A stretch of 64,000 nt of DNA from a virus. The DNA lies in the IMG/VR virus record IMGVR_UViG_3300024221_000009, positions 27,387 to 91,386 of that record, one strand, 5' to 3'. Below the pieces are notes generated by a model that worked only from the letters and a program-made list of their open reading frames with translations, did no database searches and had not been told where the DNA came from. Positions 1 through 11,800 of the stretch are shown piece by piece; position 1 is the stretch's first letter; the number at the start of each line of letters is the position of its first letter. The position numbers and the translations under genes were made by a program.

Positions 1-1
1 A

Positions 2-2551
2 TCAATAGGAGATGTTGCATTTAAATTTAAATTTGAAAAAGACTATAATTCTAGCGAAGACGTTTTTCTATATAGCGCACAATCAGATAATGGAGAGCTT
101 ATAGTTAAAAAAGACTTATTTCAATCAGAACCTATTTTATCTTCAACAACATCTACTTCAACATCAGGAGATAAAAAAGTAGTCACTGCAAATTTACAAG
201 CAAAGCCAATTACATGTCGAGTTGCTTTAAATTCAGAAGAAGAAGGATTTCATATAAAACCTTTAAGTATTGTTGAGGTTGTTGATGGAGTTGAAACTAG
301 AGAAATAGCAAACATTAAAATATACGGTGAAGTTGAGGCTGAAGACGAAAGACTTAAGACTTTATTAACTAACATCGGAATGAATTTAGGTGATTTAGAT
401 TATTTTATATTTAGAGACTCAAACATTAGCGAGCAATCACCTGACCACATTCTACTAAACCAAAAGAGAAAAGAACTATTATTACAGGCTTCTTCTATTA
501 AACCCTTTATAGGGACTTATAAAGCTCTTTTACGTGCTATTGATTTCTTCGGATATGATAAAATTACGTTAAAAGAATATTGGTTAAATATAAACGAACA
601 GAGCGAGAATTTTGGAAAATTAAAAGCAGTAGCAGTTCCTAATCAGGAAGTTACAGGGTTTTTAGCTGACAAAAATAAAACAACGGATCTTCCTAACTCT
701 AATCAGAAGAAAACATCTAGATTTTCTTTAGTATACAGATTAAACAACGCAACTGGAGAATTAGATCAATGGGATATTCCTAAGGTTAAAGAAGCTTTAG
801 ATTATTCTCCAGATGAAGTTTTAGTAAAATTATATGGTTTAAAAAATAAACTTCAAAAAGATTATTTACCATTACAGGCTAAGATAGTCGATATCACAGG
901 AGAAGGAGATTACTTTTCTCAATTTAATCAAAACGTTTGGAATAACCAACATAATATTAAAGATCAAAACGCTGGAATTGAGTTTGTGCCTGAAAAAGTA
1001 CCAGCTCTTAGAAATGTTTACATTGAAGATTTACGTAAAGTAGATTATAGACTTACAGGATTTAATCAAGACTTTAATAGTATACCGGCTTCAGATAAAT
1101 TAGAAATATGCGAATCTATAGAAACTTTTTATAGAAATTATTATGATTTAAGCAAGGACACTTTTAATACTTTAGATGGAATCCCAATTGGAGCTCCAGT
1201 ATCTTTTCATGTTGAAAGAGGATTAGAAGATTCATGGGATTTTGCTGAATTTACATGGGAAGACGCAACGGATACTGGTAATCATCTTTTAACTTGGGAA
1301 AACTGGTGGCATAGAGGAGTTTATGAAATTGAATGGCATTTACTAGGACCTAGAGGATATGATAAATCTTTTAGAGGACCTGTTTACGAATGGAATCATT
1401 TTCCAATGACTTTACCATACGCTGGTAAATATACTGTTGAAGCACATTTACATGATTTATACAATGTACGTTCTACTAGAATTCATAAAGAATGGATTGA
1501 AGTATTGAATAAAAATGTTGAAGTATATGGATTAACTCAAAGAGCTACTAAGAAATTAAATTGGAATGAGTATACATATCAATGGAATAAAACTGGAAGT
1601 AGTTGGGATTGGTCTAGAGAAAACCTAATGCCAGTATCAGATACTATAAGTACTCTTTATTTAACAATGGATAGAGCCAATTATATGTCAGACGATAAAG
1701 ACAATGGAACTCCACATTCTACTGTTAGGAGATACATAGATCCTAATCAAGCAACTGGTTTTAACGAAACACCAGGACCATATCAATGGGGAGATTTGGA
1801 AACTCAAACATGGGAAGACGGTCCTGAAACTACTTGGAAAATGACAAGAATAGGATCAGATATAAATTCTTCATTTCAGATTAAGATAGCAAATTCAGAT
1901 GGATATTCTCAAGGAACTGATTTAGTAATTGAGCAAACTGCTGGGTTTGGGACAATAAATACAGATTCATACGCAATTCAATCAACGTATCCATCTGACG
2001 CAGCTGATGTACTAGCATGGGAAGCAGTCGCTGACGAGTTAAACAATGTAGATCCTTTAATATATCCTATAATTTCTAAATTTAATTATAATGCTATCCT
2101 AGTAGACACTGATGGTAATTTAGTAACTGGGAATGGATCTTTAGGACAGGACGTTTGTCCTTATATATTAGCAGTTGGTAAAGAACCGGCACGAACTCAT
2201 GATTTTAAAACAGTATCTTTTAGTAATCCAATCGGAGGACTTATAGATCAAAAAATTAACTTTACAAGTTACAACCCAGGGTTTGATGATACATATATAA
2301 TCAACAACTTAGCTGAGCTAAATTTATTAAATCATGTCACATTTTCATATGATTTAACCAACATGCCAGGGGTCGTAAAATCAGAATGGAAATTGGTTAA
2401 TAATACATTAAATATCGAGGATATATATTATAGTAATCAGAGATTAACTTATTTGTTAAAACATAAAGGATATTATACAATTAATTTAGATTTAACTGAT
2501 TCAAATGGCAATAAAAATTCAATAACAAAAAATATTTTAAAAATAATTTAA
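2..2551 (+). CDS. Baseplate wedge-like virion structural protein, 5'-truncated by the window edge
   Basis: The frame of the 380..2551 ORF is open back to position 2, so the true start lies upstream. IGTYKALLRAIDFFGY resembles the GTxxA(L/I) helix of P2 gpI/T4 gp7-type wedge proteins. It heads a structural gene block. Confidence 0.55.
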   Translation, partial: SIGDVAFKFKFEKDYNSSEDVFLYSAQSDNGELIVKKDLFQSEPILSSTTSTSTSGDKKVVTANLQAKPITCRVALNSEEEGFHIKPLSIVEVVDGVETREIANIKIYGEVEAEDERLKTLLTNIGMNLGDLDYFIFRDSNISEQSPDHILLNQKRKELLLQASSIKPFIGTYKALLRAIDFFGYDKITLKEYWLNINEQSENFGKLKAVAVPNQEVTGFLADKNKTTDLPNSNQKKTSRFSLVYRLNNATGELDQWDIPKVKEALDYSPDEVLVKLYGLKNKLQKDYLPLQAKIVDITGEGDYFSQFNQNVWNNQHNIKDQNAGIEFVPEKVPALRNVYIEDLRKVDYRLTGFNQDFNSIPASDKLEICESIETFYRNYYDLSKDTFNTLDGIPIGAPVSFHVERGLEDSWDFAEFTWEDATDTGNHLLTWENWWHRGVYEIEWHLLGPRGYDKSFRGPVYEWNHFPMTLPYAGKYTVEAHLHDLYNVRSTRIHKEWIEVLNKNVEVYGLTQRATKKLNWNEYTYQWNKTGSSWDWSRENLMPVSDTISTLYLTMDRANYMSDDKDNGTPHSTVRRYIDPNQATGFNETPGPYQWGDLETQTWEDGPETTWKMTRIGSDINSSFQIKIANSDGYSQGTDLVIEQTAGFGTINTDSYAIQSTYPSDAADVLAWEAVADELNNVDPLIYPIISKFNYNAILVDTDGNLVTGNGSLGQDVCPYILAVGKEPARTHDFKTVSFSNPIGGLIDQKINFTSYNPGFDDTYIINNLAELNLLNHVTFSYDLTNMPGVVKSEWKLVNNTLNIEDIYYSNQRLTYLLKHKGYYTINLDLTDSNGNKNSITKNILKII

Positions 2552-2552
2552 A

Positions 2553-3110
2553 ATGGCAAGTATCACAACAATTTTAGGAACAGACAGTTTAGCGTCTTCA
2601 AGAATCTTAATCAACGACAACTTTTCGTCTCTAGACGATAACTTAGATCAGGTTACAGGTTTATTGAACGTTCAAACTCAATCTTTAGCATTAACAGGAT
2701 CTGTTAGCGCTTCAGAACTTAACTTAACTAACGGAGGATCTAACTTATTTGTAGTTAACACATCAAATATAACAGCGTCTTTACCAGTTACTTTAGAAAA
2801 CACATTAATATTAGAAGGAGGATTAAGACACTCTGTTGCTGCAGTTTCTGCAGTACCAACAGCAGGTAACTATGAAAAATCTACGTATCTTTTAGATGCA
2901 TCTGGATTAGCACAGCCTTTAGTATTTCCAGCAGGAGATGATGGACAAGAGGTTACTATTATAGCAGACGGATCAAATGTTCAATTAGATGTTAATAACA
3001 TCGCTGGACCAACGGCTGCAACAATATTACCTAACGGTACTTTAACAATGAGATACTATAACGGATTATGGTATTTAATCTCTGATGTTAACTGTACTCT
3101 TACATTCTAA
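2553..3110 (+). CDS. Small fibre-like or accessory virion protein
   Basis: N-terminus (TDSLASSRILINDNFSSL) resembles the xINxNFxxL fibre-attachment motif. The beta-rich C-terminal domain is paralogous to the C-terminus of 56772..57899. Confidence 0.55.
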   Translation: MASITTILGTDSLASSRILINDNFSSLDDNLDQVTGLLNVQTQSLALTGSVSASELNLTNGGSNLFVVNTSNITASLPVTLENTLILEGGLRHSVAAVSAVPTAGNYEKSTYLLDASGLAQPLVFPAGDDGQEVTIIADGSNVQLDVNNIAGPTAATILPNGTLTMRYYNGLWYLISDVNCTLTF

Positions 3111-3130
3111 TAAAAAATAATAAAAATTAA

Positions 3131-5092
3131 ATGGCTACACCATTAATAAGAATACCGCAAGAACAGGGTGGTACTATGTATGCTTTTTCTAGCGCTGCTA
3201 GAGATCTTACTCGTGCTTATTATAACCCTGATGTTGTTTTTGAGTATTCAAAATTTGCGCTTTTAGATATTCCAGTTGTTGCTGAGCCATCACCTGGTAG
3301 TACTAATAATTATATTCAATTTAGTAATCTATTTGAAGGTGGACCTGTTGGTGGAAACTCATCAGCGCCAAACTATAGTGATACACTACCCGACGATAAT
3401 GCCAATCGTCACTTTGCACAAACTTTTCAAAATTACGCGCTTAATTTAGAAAACTTTATATTAAATGATGATGATTTTGATAACACGCTATACTCTTCTG
3501 ATTCTGAAAAAATATTTTTTAAATGGTTAAATCATTTAGGAGCTTTTAGAACAAGGCCAGCAACTTCACAAGAAGCATCTACAGGATATTCTAGAGTAGT
3601 TGAAGAAGATGATTCAGTTCAAAATGGATCTGAATATAGCCAAGTAGTTAAATATTTAGGAAATGTAGACGTAACAAATGATAAAAACTATCAAGGAGAT
3701 ACGTATAATGAAGTATTTGTAAACGTACCTTCTTACGTAGGATATACACCTAAAGTTTTATTTAAATCTAGTGATTACAACACTACAGCAACTTCTTACG
3801 AGATTTTAACTAACTCTATTAACGGTAGAAGCGGTCAAGCACATCCGGACGCAAATATTAATTTAGATCCTTTAGCAGATAGCTCAAACGGTTCTATTAA
3901 TATAGACTCGAATTCAACATACAATTACGGGATTGAATGGAATTCTTCAGCATATTCTAAAATTGTAAGTGATAAAAAATTAAACAACCTTTTAGATTAT
4001 TCTAAAAGAGGTGGAGATTTTAGATTTAATGCAATTCTAGTATATTATGATGTTTATTCTAAATCTAATTCTGGAAATAGATCAACAAACTTATACGGTG
4101 TTATTTTATTAGATAATTGGAAATATGATCCAGCAAATACAGGATGGTCTTTACCAGAATTAAGTAAATATAAACCAAACGAAGTAACTGGATTAAACGG
4201 TAATGCTTTCGCTTTAAAACTTAATGTTAAATTTAATTCATCATTAGACAATGTGGGTATTGAAAAAAATATTAATGATTACTCTACGTTTTCAATGGAT
4301 ATTTTCTTTGACTCAACGTCTGCTCTTGAAAACGCAGCAAAGGTATTGTCAGATTCAAATAATAAATTTAATGAGTTAGCCGATAAAGTTAATGGTTTAG
4401 AAAACTTATTTTTAACATCAGTACAACAAGAAAATTTAAATATAAGAGTTGACGAACTCGAGGTCGCTATTGAAAATGCTTCTTTAAATTTTGAAAATTC
4501 AGGTTCTGTTTTAGATTTAATATCTGCAACAAACATTAGAATAAACCAAATTATTAACGGAGAGATACCAACTGAAGTACAGTATAATACAGATGTTATA
4601 GTACCTGGTGATGGTATTGCAGTAGATAACTCAATAGAGAATAAAGTAAAAATACATAATAAAAATTATGGATACGTATTAAATGAAGTTTATAATTACG
4701 ATATAAATACAAACGTAGTATTAGATGCGATTAATGCGGGTAATGAATATAATCCTGCTCTTGCAATTGATAAAGGTATATGGACAACTGTTAAGAAATA
4801 CACAAACCTTGTAAGAATTTATTTAAACGACCAGGATGTATTCCAAAATGATCTAAATATATATTTAGATGACAGCGTTAATTCTTTTAAAGAAGGACAA
4901 GTTATTAAATTAGTATTTAGAAAAGGTTTTTATAAATTCCATAAACAAATTAACATATATACTGACGTAAATAACGGTTGGGTTTTAAAGAAAACAATCA
5001 ATTCTTCAGATTTAATAAGTAGTAAACCATACGTTGAGCTTATTTGCGTAGACGAAACAAACAAGACATTTGAACTTGACATTATAAGATAA
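3131..5092 (+). CDS. Putative virion structural protein (baseplate/tail), 653 aa
   Basis: Long ORF within the structural block, N/D/S-rich with a coiled-coil segment. No catalytic motif recognised. Confidence 0.5.
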   Translation: MATPLIRIPQEQGGTMYAFSSAARDLTRAYYNPDVVFEYSKFALLDIPVVAEPSPGSTNNYIQFSNLFEGGPVGGNSSAPNYSDTLPDDNANRHFAQTFQNYALNLENFILNDDDFDNTLYSSDSEKIFFKWLNHLGAFRTRPATSQEASTGYSRVVEEDDSVQNGSEYSQVVKYLGNVDVTNDKNYQGDTYNEVFVNVPSYVGYTPKVLFKSSDYNTTATSYEILTNSINGRSGQAHPDANINLDPLADSSNGSINIDSNSTYNYGIEWNSSAYSKIVSDKKLNNLLDYSKRGGDFRFNAILVYYDVYSKSNSGNRSTNLYGVILLDNWKYDPANTGWSLPELSKYKPNEVTGLNGNAFALKLNVKFNSSLDNVGIEKNINDYSTFSMDIFFDSTSALENAAKVLSDSNNKFNELADKVNGLENLFLTSVQQENLNIRVDELEVAIENASLNFENSGSVLDLISATNIRINQIINGEIPTEVQYNTDVIVPGDGIAVDNSIENKVKIHNKNYGYVLNEVYNYDINTNVVLDAINAGNEYNPALAIDKGIWTTVKKYTNLVRIYLNDQDVFQNDLNIYLDDSVNSFKEGQVIKLVFRKGFYKFHKQINIYTDVNNGWVLKKTINSSDLISSKPYVELICVDETNKTFELDIIR

Positions 5093-5097
5093 TAAAT

Positions 5098-8000
5098 ATG
5101 AGTGCACAAAATTCAATATCTCAATTACTAGAACAGTTTCTAGAATTAAATACTAATTCTTTAGAAACTTTTAATCGTATTAATGAAGCGATTTCTACAG
5201 ATAAACAAACAGTTACTGTTGATTTATATGATCCATCAAATGAGGGTAGTGTAAAATCAGTACAGATACCTGCATTTGGTTATTTGAAAAGAGAAATTGA
5301 AAGACTTAATAAAAACTTAGAGTCAATTACGAATGTTGATAAAGGAGGCGCAAATGTAAGATTAAAAGATGGTACATATAGAACATTATTTACATCTAAA
5401 TTAAAAGGACCTTCGGCTCCTATTACATCATTAGCGGCACCAACTCAGTTTAATACAAAATCAAACGAATTTTTTGAAGACTTTTTAAATCCACTATTAA
5501 CTATTAAATTAGATGTTAGTGGTCAAATTCCTGTAGAAACTGAAAGAGTTTATATAGAAAGATTTATTTTTGATGGGTCAGATCCTTTAACTTTAGAAAG
5601 ATTTAAAGAAGTATATAAAGGAGAAAGCGAAATAAGTCATTCTAAACTAGAATCAGATATTGCAGAAAATAATCTAAAACACTACGTTGATTCAGAGGTT
5701 ATTGAATTACCAGTAAGATCAGTTCAATATTTTGGTAAATTTGACGTAATTAAAATAACTAATGAACAGAGATCACAGCTTGTTGATGGTATAACTCAAA
5801 CAAAAACTATTAAGTTATTCACAGTTGATAAGTTAAGTTACTCAGATGCTTCTAAATCACTTAAAGACACTGAGGTTTTAAAAGTAAATGACTCTTTAGT
5901 TGTTAACTCTGGAAAACTTAGAACAAGATATTTAATTAAATCAATAGATAATTCAACTTCTCAAATAGAACTAGAATTAATTGAAGGGTATGAGTCTATT
6001 AAAGTAGGCACTCAAATGTTAAGTGTATATAGAGATGTTGATTCAGATTTAGATATAGAAATAAACGTTGGTTTTGATGAAAGACAGATAGTTTTTATAA
6101 AACCAATAGACGCTTTATCAAACATACCATCGGATGATTATTCTCCAGGGGTTTCTTTTTATTCAAATGAATTAATTATTAACGGAGCAGACGGTAGAAA
6201 ACAAACTTTATCTTCTTATTATAGAGAAGAGGTTGCAGACTTTGGTCAATTTATTAAATCGTTAAATGTTGATTATATTCCACCATCAAGCGTTGGTGTA
6301 ATGCCAAAATCTCCTACGGTTTCTGCAGAAAATTTAAAAGTTGTACAAATTAATAAACACTTAACTAATAATACAACAACACAAAAGATTCAAAGATTAA
6401 AATCTGATAAAATAGCTGAAGAGCAAAATTTAAAGAATTTAAATGAATCTATTAAGCAAAAGAAAACTTTACTAAGTACTAAAAAGTTTAAGTCTACTGT
6501 AGAAAGAGATAAACAAAGAAATGAATTAAATTCTCAAATAGCTGTCAAAGCAGCATCTACTCAATTATATTCTTCTATTGTTTCTGAGATAAAAGCTTCT
6601 GCTGAATCTTCTGATTTGAATACAGTTAGCCCTAAATTTAGAGTTAGAGGTTTTTGGCCAGTTCCGGATCCTATTAAAATCGGAGAAGGACTTTCACAAG
6701 AAGTAGTTCAATTTAAAATAAGATATAGATACGTTTCAACTTCTGGTAAAACTAGTCAAGTTGAACAAATAGAATTTAATGACAGTAGTAGTCAAACTTC
6801 TAAAACAGCTGCTTTTTCAAACTGGGTAGAGGTTGACGGTCCTGTTAGAAAAAGAGAAAAAGGAGAAGACGGTAAATATAAATGGATTACTGAAAGTGAA
6901 GAAGACGCACAGGCGGTAAACTTTAACTCTATAGACGTTCCTATTAATTCAGGAGAATTTGTTGAGGTAATGGTTAAATCAGTTTCTGAAGCAGGTTTCC
7001 CTGCAAATCCAGTGACAAGCGATTGGTCAGATATTATAAAAGTAGAATTTCCTGAAGGAGAGCTTTCAACTGAATCTTTATCAGATTTAGTTTCTTCAAA
7101 TAATTTAGATTCTGTAAAAGTAGATATTAATGATGATTTAACATCAGCCGGTGTATTTGAACACATTAGCGATAATTTTACAGCTGGAGATAAATATTTT
7201 GCACACTCTGCAAATGCTTTAGCTTCTGGGTTTTTAACGCAAGAACAATCGCCAATATCAATATACGATAAATTACTAGAATTACAGAACGAAATTACGA
7301 GATTAAGATCTCAAATAGAAGGTGCAATTGGAGAACTCACTGTTGAAATTATAGATGAAGATGGTAACGTTACTCCAGTTACAAATAATTCTAGAGTTAA
7401 ATTATTCGCAGGATATTATACTGAAGAATTACCTGAAACTAATTACAAAGGGCATATTGTAACTAAAAACTTTAAAATTAAATTATCAAATAATCAAGGA
7501 GCAGATCTTGAATTAATCGCAAGAATACTAGGAGACACTTCTAAACCATCTTGGATTTCTTCAACAAATACTACATTTGGTCTTGGAAATGGATCAGTTG
7601 ACACGGTAACAGCATCAGATTCTTATTATACAAACGAAGGTAAATATGATTTAGTACCTATCGTTTATCAGAATCTTGAACTTGAAGATTTAGTATATGA
7701 TTACTTTAATGAAGGACCTGAACAATCAACTCAGTTAAGAGGACAATTCATATATTCAAGATTTAAAAATATTGCAAACGACAATACTTTTTATATAGAT
7801 GATCAAGCAAATGATATACCAAATAATAAAAGTGGTTTTGATCTTTTTGAATATGGTGTACAAGAAACATACGGTATAACTGGAGTGACTGATGTTGGAT
7901 CAAACGGATGTTATGATTTTTCTGGTGTAAACTGGGTACCAAATGCTACAGCTGGAAACAACACTATAGATTATATTTGGAATGGTATTTGTAGAACCTC

Positions 8001-8730
8001 TACATCAGATCCTATACTAAGTGATCCAATACCAATAGGATCAGTATATGGTTATGACGACGGTGTATTGGTACACGTAAATCACCCAGCTATTGTAGAA
8101 AATCCAGATTCTGATATTGTAGATTTACAGTCTAACGGATTCTTTAGTATTCCTAAAACAGCATCACTTAGAGCTAACGAAATTAATGGTAAAAAACAAA
8201 TACCTTTAAAATTAACAGTAGATTCTGTAACAACGGATTCATCAAATCCATATAGAACATCTATTAAAACATCGTTTGAACCTAATGATCAATATTTATT
8301 AGGTGGAAAATCATGTGGATCTTTCTTATATCTTTCGCCTCTAGATAATAAATCACATGTTGTGAATGCTAATAATAAATCTGGTAAAAAGGTTATAAGT
8401 GCAAACGGAAATAATAGTGTAATAATAGATTTAGTTTTCCAATACAGAATGACTGATTATAATGGAGTTGGAGATACAGGTACTGGTAGAATTGCAGGAG
8501 CTATTGGAACAACATACGAAAATTTAACTTATTCTAAAAATATAGGTATTGATATATTAGATTCACAAGATAAAGATTTTAAATTTGATTTAGAGGTTTT
8601 TGCAAAATACAAAACAACTGGTAAAAATATAAATTCTATTAATTCTTCAATGTTATCTAACTTTATAAATACATCTGGAGCTTCCGGTGGAGGAATTGGA
8701 GGACAACAGTACATTCAAGAACTAAGGTAA
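5098..8730 (+). CDS. Large putative virion structural protein, 1210 aa
   Basis: Long ORF with coiled-coil and beta-rich segments, tightly coupled to its neighbours in the structural block. Confidence 0.5.
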   Translation: MSAQNSISQLLEQFLELNTNSLETFNRINEAISTDKQTVTVDLYDPSNEGSVKSVQIPAFGYLKREIERLNKNLESITNVDKGGANVRLKDGTYRTLFTSKLKGPSAPITSLAAPTQFNTKSNEFFEDFLNPLLTIKLDVSGQIPVETERVYIERFIFDGSDPLTLERFKEVYKGESEISHSKLESDIAENNLKHYVDSEVIELPVRSVQYFGKFDVIKITNEQRSQLVDGITQTKTIKLFTVDKLSYSDASKSLKDTEVLKVNDSLVVNSGKLRTRYLIKSIDNSTSQIELELIEGYESIKVGTQMLSVYRDVDSDLDIEINVGFDERQIVFIKPIDALSNIPSDDYSPGVSFYSNELIINGADGRKQTLSSYYREEVADFGQFIKSLNVDYIPPSSVGVMPKSPTVSAENLKVVQINKHLTNNTTTQKIQRLKSDKIAEEQNLKNLNESIKQKKTLLSTKKFKSTVERDKQRNELNSQIAVKAASTQLYSSIVSEIKASAESSDLNTVSPKFRVRGFWPVPDPIKIGEGLSQEVVQFKIRYRYVSTSGKTSQVEQIEFNDSSSQTSKTAAFSNWVEVDGPVRKREKGEDGKYKWITESEEDAQAVNFNSIDVPINSGEFVEVMVKSVSEAGFPANPVTSDWSDIIKVEFPEGELSTESLSDLVSSNNLDSVKVDINDDLTSAGVFEHISDNFTAGDKYFAHSANALASGFLTQEQSPISIYDKLLELQNEITRLRSQIEGAIGELTVEIIDEDGNVTPVTNNSRVKLFAGYYTEELPETNYKGHIVTKNFKIKLSNNQGADLELIARILGDTSKPSWISSTNTTFGLGNGSVDTVTASDSYYTNEGKYDLVPIVYQNLELEDLVYDYFNEGPEQSTQLRGQFIYSRFKNIANDNTFYIDDQANDIPNNKSGFDLFEYGVQETYGITGVTDVGSNGCYDFSGVNWVPNATAGNNTIDYIWNGICRTSTSDPILSDPIPIGSVYGYDDGVLVHVNHPAIVENPDSDIVDLQSNGFFSIPKTASLRANEINGKKQIPLKLTVDSVTTDSSNPYRTSIKTSFEPNDQYLLGGKSCGSFLYLSPLDNKSHVVNANNKSGKKVISANGNNSVIIDLVFQYRMTDYNGVGDTGTGRIAGAIGTTYENLTYSKNIGIDILDSQDKDFKFDLEVFAKYKTTGKNINSINSSMLSNFINTSGASGGGIGGQQYIQELR

Positions 8731-8805
8731 TTTTGTTTAATAATTATCTGGTTAGACTGCGGTTAAAATACAGATATATAATCTAACGAAAAAGAGTTCC
8801 CATAG

Positions 8806-11800
8806 ATGGCTATAAAGTTTAATATTGAAAATAATGAATTAGATAATAATTCTTTTGCATTACTTAGAACTAATCCAAAGTTTACTAGTAACATTAAGTT
8901 AATAGTAGATTCTAGTGAGGATATATTTTTAAGCTCTTTTAAAGCAAACAATACACTTTCTAAAGTAAAATTCCAAAAATTTGAAATTAAAAAGAATGGA
9001 GAATATTCAAATGATGTTGCCCAATTTTTTAAAGGAGTACCTGTTAAAGAAAGGTTTGAAACATTAAGAAAAAATTCAGATATTACTCCATATTCAGAAT
9101 ATTCATATCAATATGAAAATCAATATAATTACGGAGCTAGTTTTAATTCAACAAAGCTATATGATGAGCAATATAAAATGTTTGCTCCAATATGGTTAGA
9201 GAGAAGAGTACCTAGAAAATTTGTAGTGTATAGGGTTTTAGACGTAGATTATAAAAATAAATACGAAGAAACAACTGAAGGGCAAAATAGCAGAATTTTA
9301 AACTTATTAAAAGATGCAACTATTATAAAGACGTTTGATCTAACTAGAAATAGTAATGTTGGACAATATTTATATAATCACGTATTTAGTAAAGCAATGC
9401 CAACGTCTTCATTAGATTTTAATTTTGGAGAACAAGGAGAAATATCATATAATGGTATTGATACTTCTAAAGGAGGTTTTGCTAGCAAGCTAGGTTTGAT
9501 GAATTCTGAATATTTAAAAGAACAAACTCCAGAAATATACGCAAACGAATTAATAACATCTGGTTTTGAAAATAGTGAATTAATTTCAGCTAATTTAATC
9601 AACATGGAATTTATGTTTGATGACGTTAATGCTGAAGACTATGAAATATACAGATATTTTGGATTATACGTCGATGATATTGAAGAAGGTACTTTTAAGA
9701 TAAATACAATATCTTCATCTAATACTATAAGTGTTGCACCAAAAAGCGTTGAGACGTCGTATGATTTACAAAACACTGAATTAATACCAGAAGATTTTTT
9801 ACCAAATACAGACGATTTAAATAAGCCAACTTTAAATTATATAAAGTATAGTGATAAAGATTATATGCATATTAGAAATTTAAATTTTTCTAAAGATTTA
9901 AGAATTCCTATTTCTAAAAATTCGGATGATATCGATATAATAGAATATACTAAATCCGATAACAAAGTTAAAGCAATTGATAAATCTATTTCAAATAAAG
10001 GATTTATTAGCTTTAAAGTTACTGGTACACCTAATCACAATGATAGATTATTTATTGCAGATAAAACTGAAATTAAAATAGAAAATTATAGTTTATATGA
10101 TTTTACTTTAATAGCAGATGAAAATTTAGATGCTGGTAAATCTGTTGATAACAGGTTCTCAACAAAAGGAGGAGTTCAATCAGTCGCTATTGCGATTGGT
10201 AGAGTAATAGATCAAAAATCTAAATTATTTAAAATTATAGTTGATAAAGATACAATAACTATAGAGGATTACGCTAACGGAGATAATAGAAAAAGACTGG
10301 TGTTTGGTATTTATAATCAAAATCTTAATCAGTTTGTAAGTGTTGTACATGGAGAATCTGGAGACGCAAATCTTTCAAATACTCTTGTAAACAATCCACC
10401 AATAGATACTGACTTTAATGATTGGAGTATGTTTACTCCAGTTGGAGGTTCTAAAAAAGGAGCAGCATTCTTTGTTGATAAATCAGAGTTAGGAGACGTT
10501 AAAGTTAATCAATATTTTAAATTTAGCAACTTAAATAAATATGTTAGAATTACTGCAATAGTAAACGACTATGGTGATTCTAATTTATATAGAGTTATAT
10601 TAGAAAATAATATATCTATACCTAGCGACGGCGATATTCAATTATATGATAAATTTAGACCTAGTTTTGGAAAATTTAGTGCATACGATTTAAAAGATTT
10701 CGATTTCGATTTTTATAGTACTCAATATTCTGATTTAGGAGAACTTAAATATGAATTAAGCTCTGAAAAATTTAATAATCCTTTGATTCCTGTTTTAAAA
10801 CAAGAAGAAATTGGAAATACGGAACAAAACTCTATTAATATAAGATCAGAGTATGATAGACTTTCTGAAAATAAACTTAAGGAAACTTCTCTTTTAAGTA
10901 GAGTGGTTCCAACGTTTATGAAATTTAAACTGAAAGGAGCTACTAACGCTAGAAATAAACCATACTTATTAAATGCAAGTGAGGTTTTTGGTGCAGATAA
11001 TTTATCTCCCAATATAAAAATAGAATCAGGAAGATCTATTGATAATTTAAATATGGAACATTTCCATATAAATAAAATACCTAAAAGATTTATAACTGAA
11101 AATGGAACTTTAAATGGATTAAATTCTTATTTAGATTTTAAAACAGATGGAGATTTTACATTAGAAAAACTAAAATCAACAGACACAGATTACTTCAGTT
11201 TATATTTTAAATGGAACGGATATAAAGATTTTGAAAATGATGTATGGGTTGATGATAAGTTTAAAAATTTATTTACTAAATTTAGAGAAGGTACTGGAGA
11301 ATTAAATTCTAGCACAGTTTTTAGAGGATTAAGATATTTATACAAAAAAAGAAAGGAAACAGAAAAGGTTGAACCTACTGAATTTATTGAAACTTCTGAA
11401 ATTAACGATTTTAAGTTTGGAGTTGTCTTAACGTATAATTCAAATAGCACAATAAAATCAAATAAAGTTAATTATAAAGTTGTAAAAAACGATACTTTTA
11501 AATTTATATGTGTATTTATAGAATTAAATATAGTTTTAAACGTTGCCGGCTGGTTAGAAAGAGAGATGCTTTATAATCAAACAGATATTATAAGTGGCGA
11601 AACAACAGATCCAGTTACAGGTATTACTACTCCTATTTTGGTTGATTCAACCATACCATTTAATTTAGATTTAGCTGGAACAGATTGGAATGCCCCAACA
11701 GAGGGTTATTCCGTATTTCCTTCAAATTTATTAGGAGCTAAATTTACAGAACATGTAACACCAGATAACGAAAATAACTATTCATGGATTTATTTTGACA

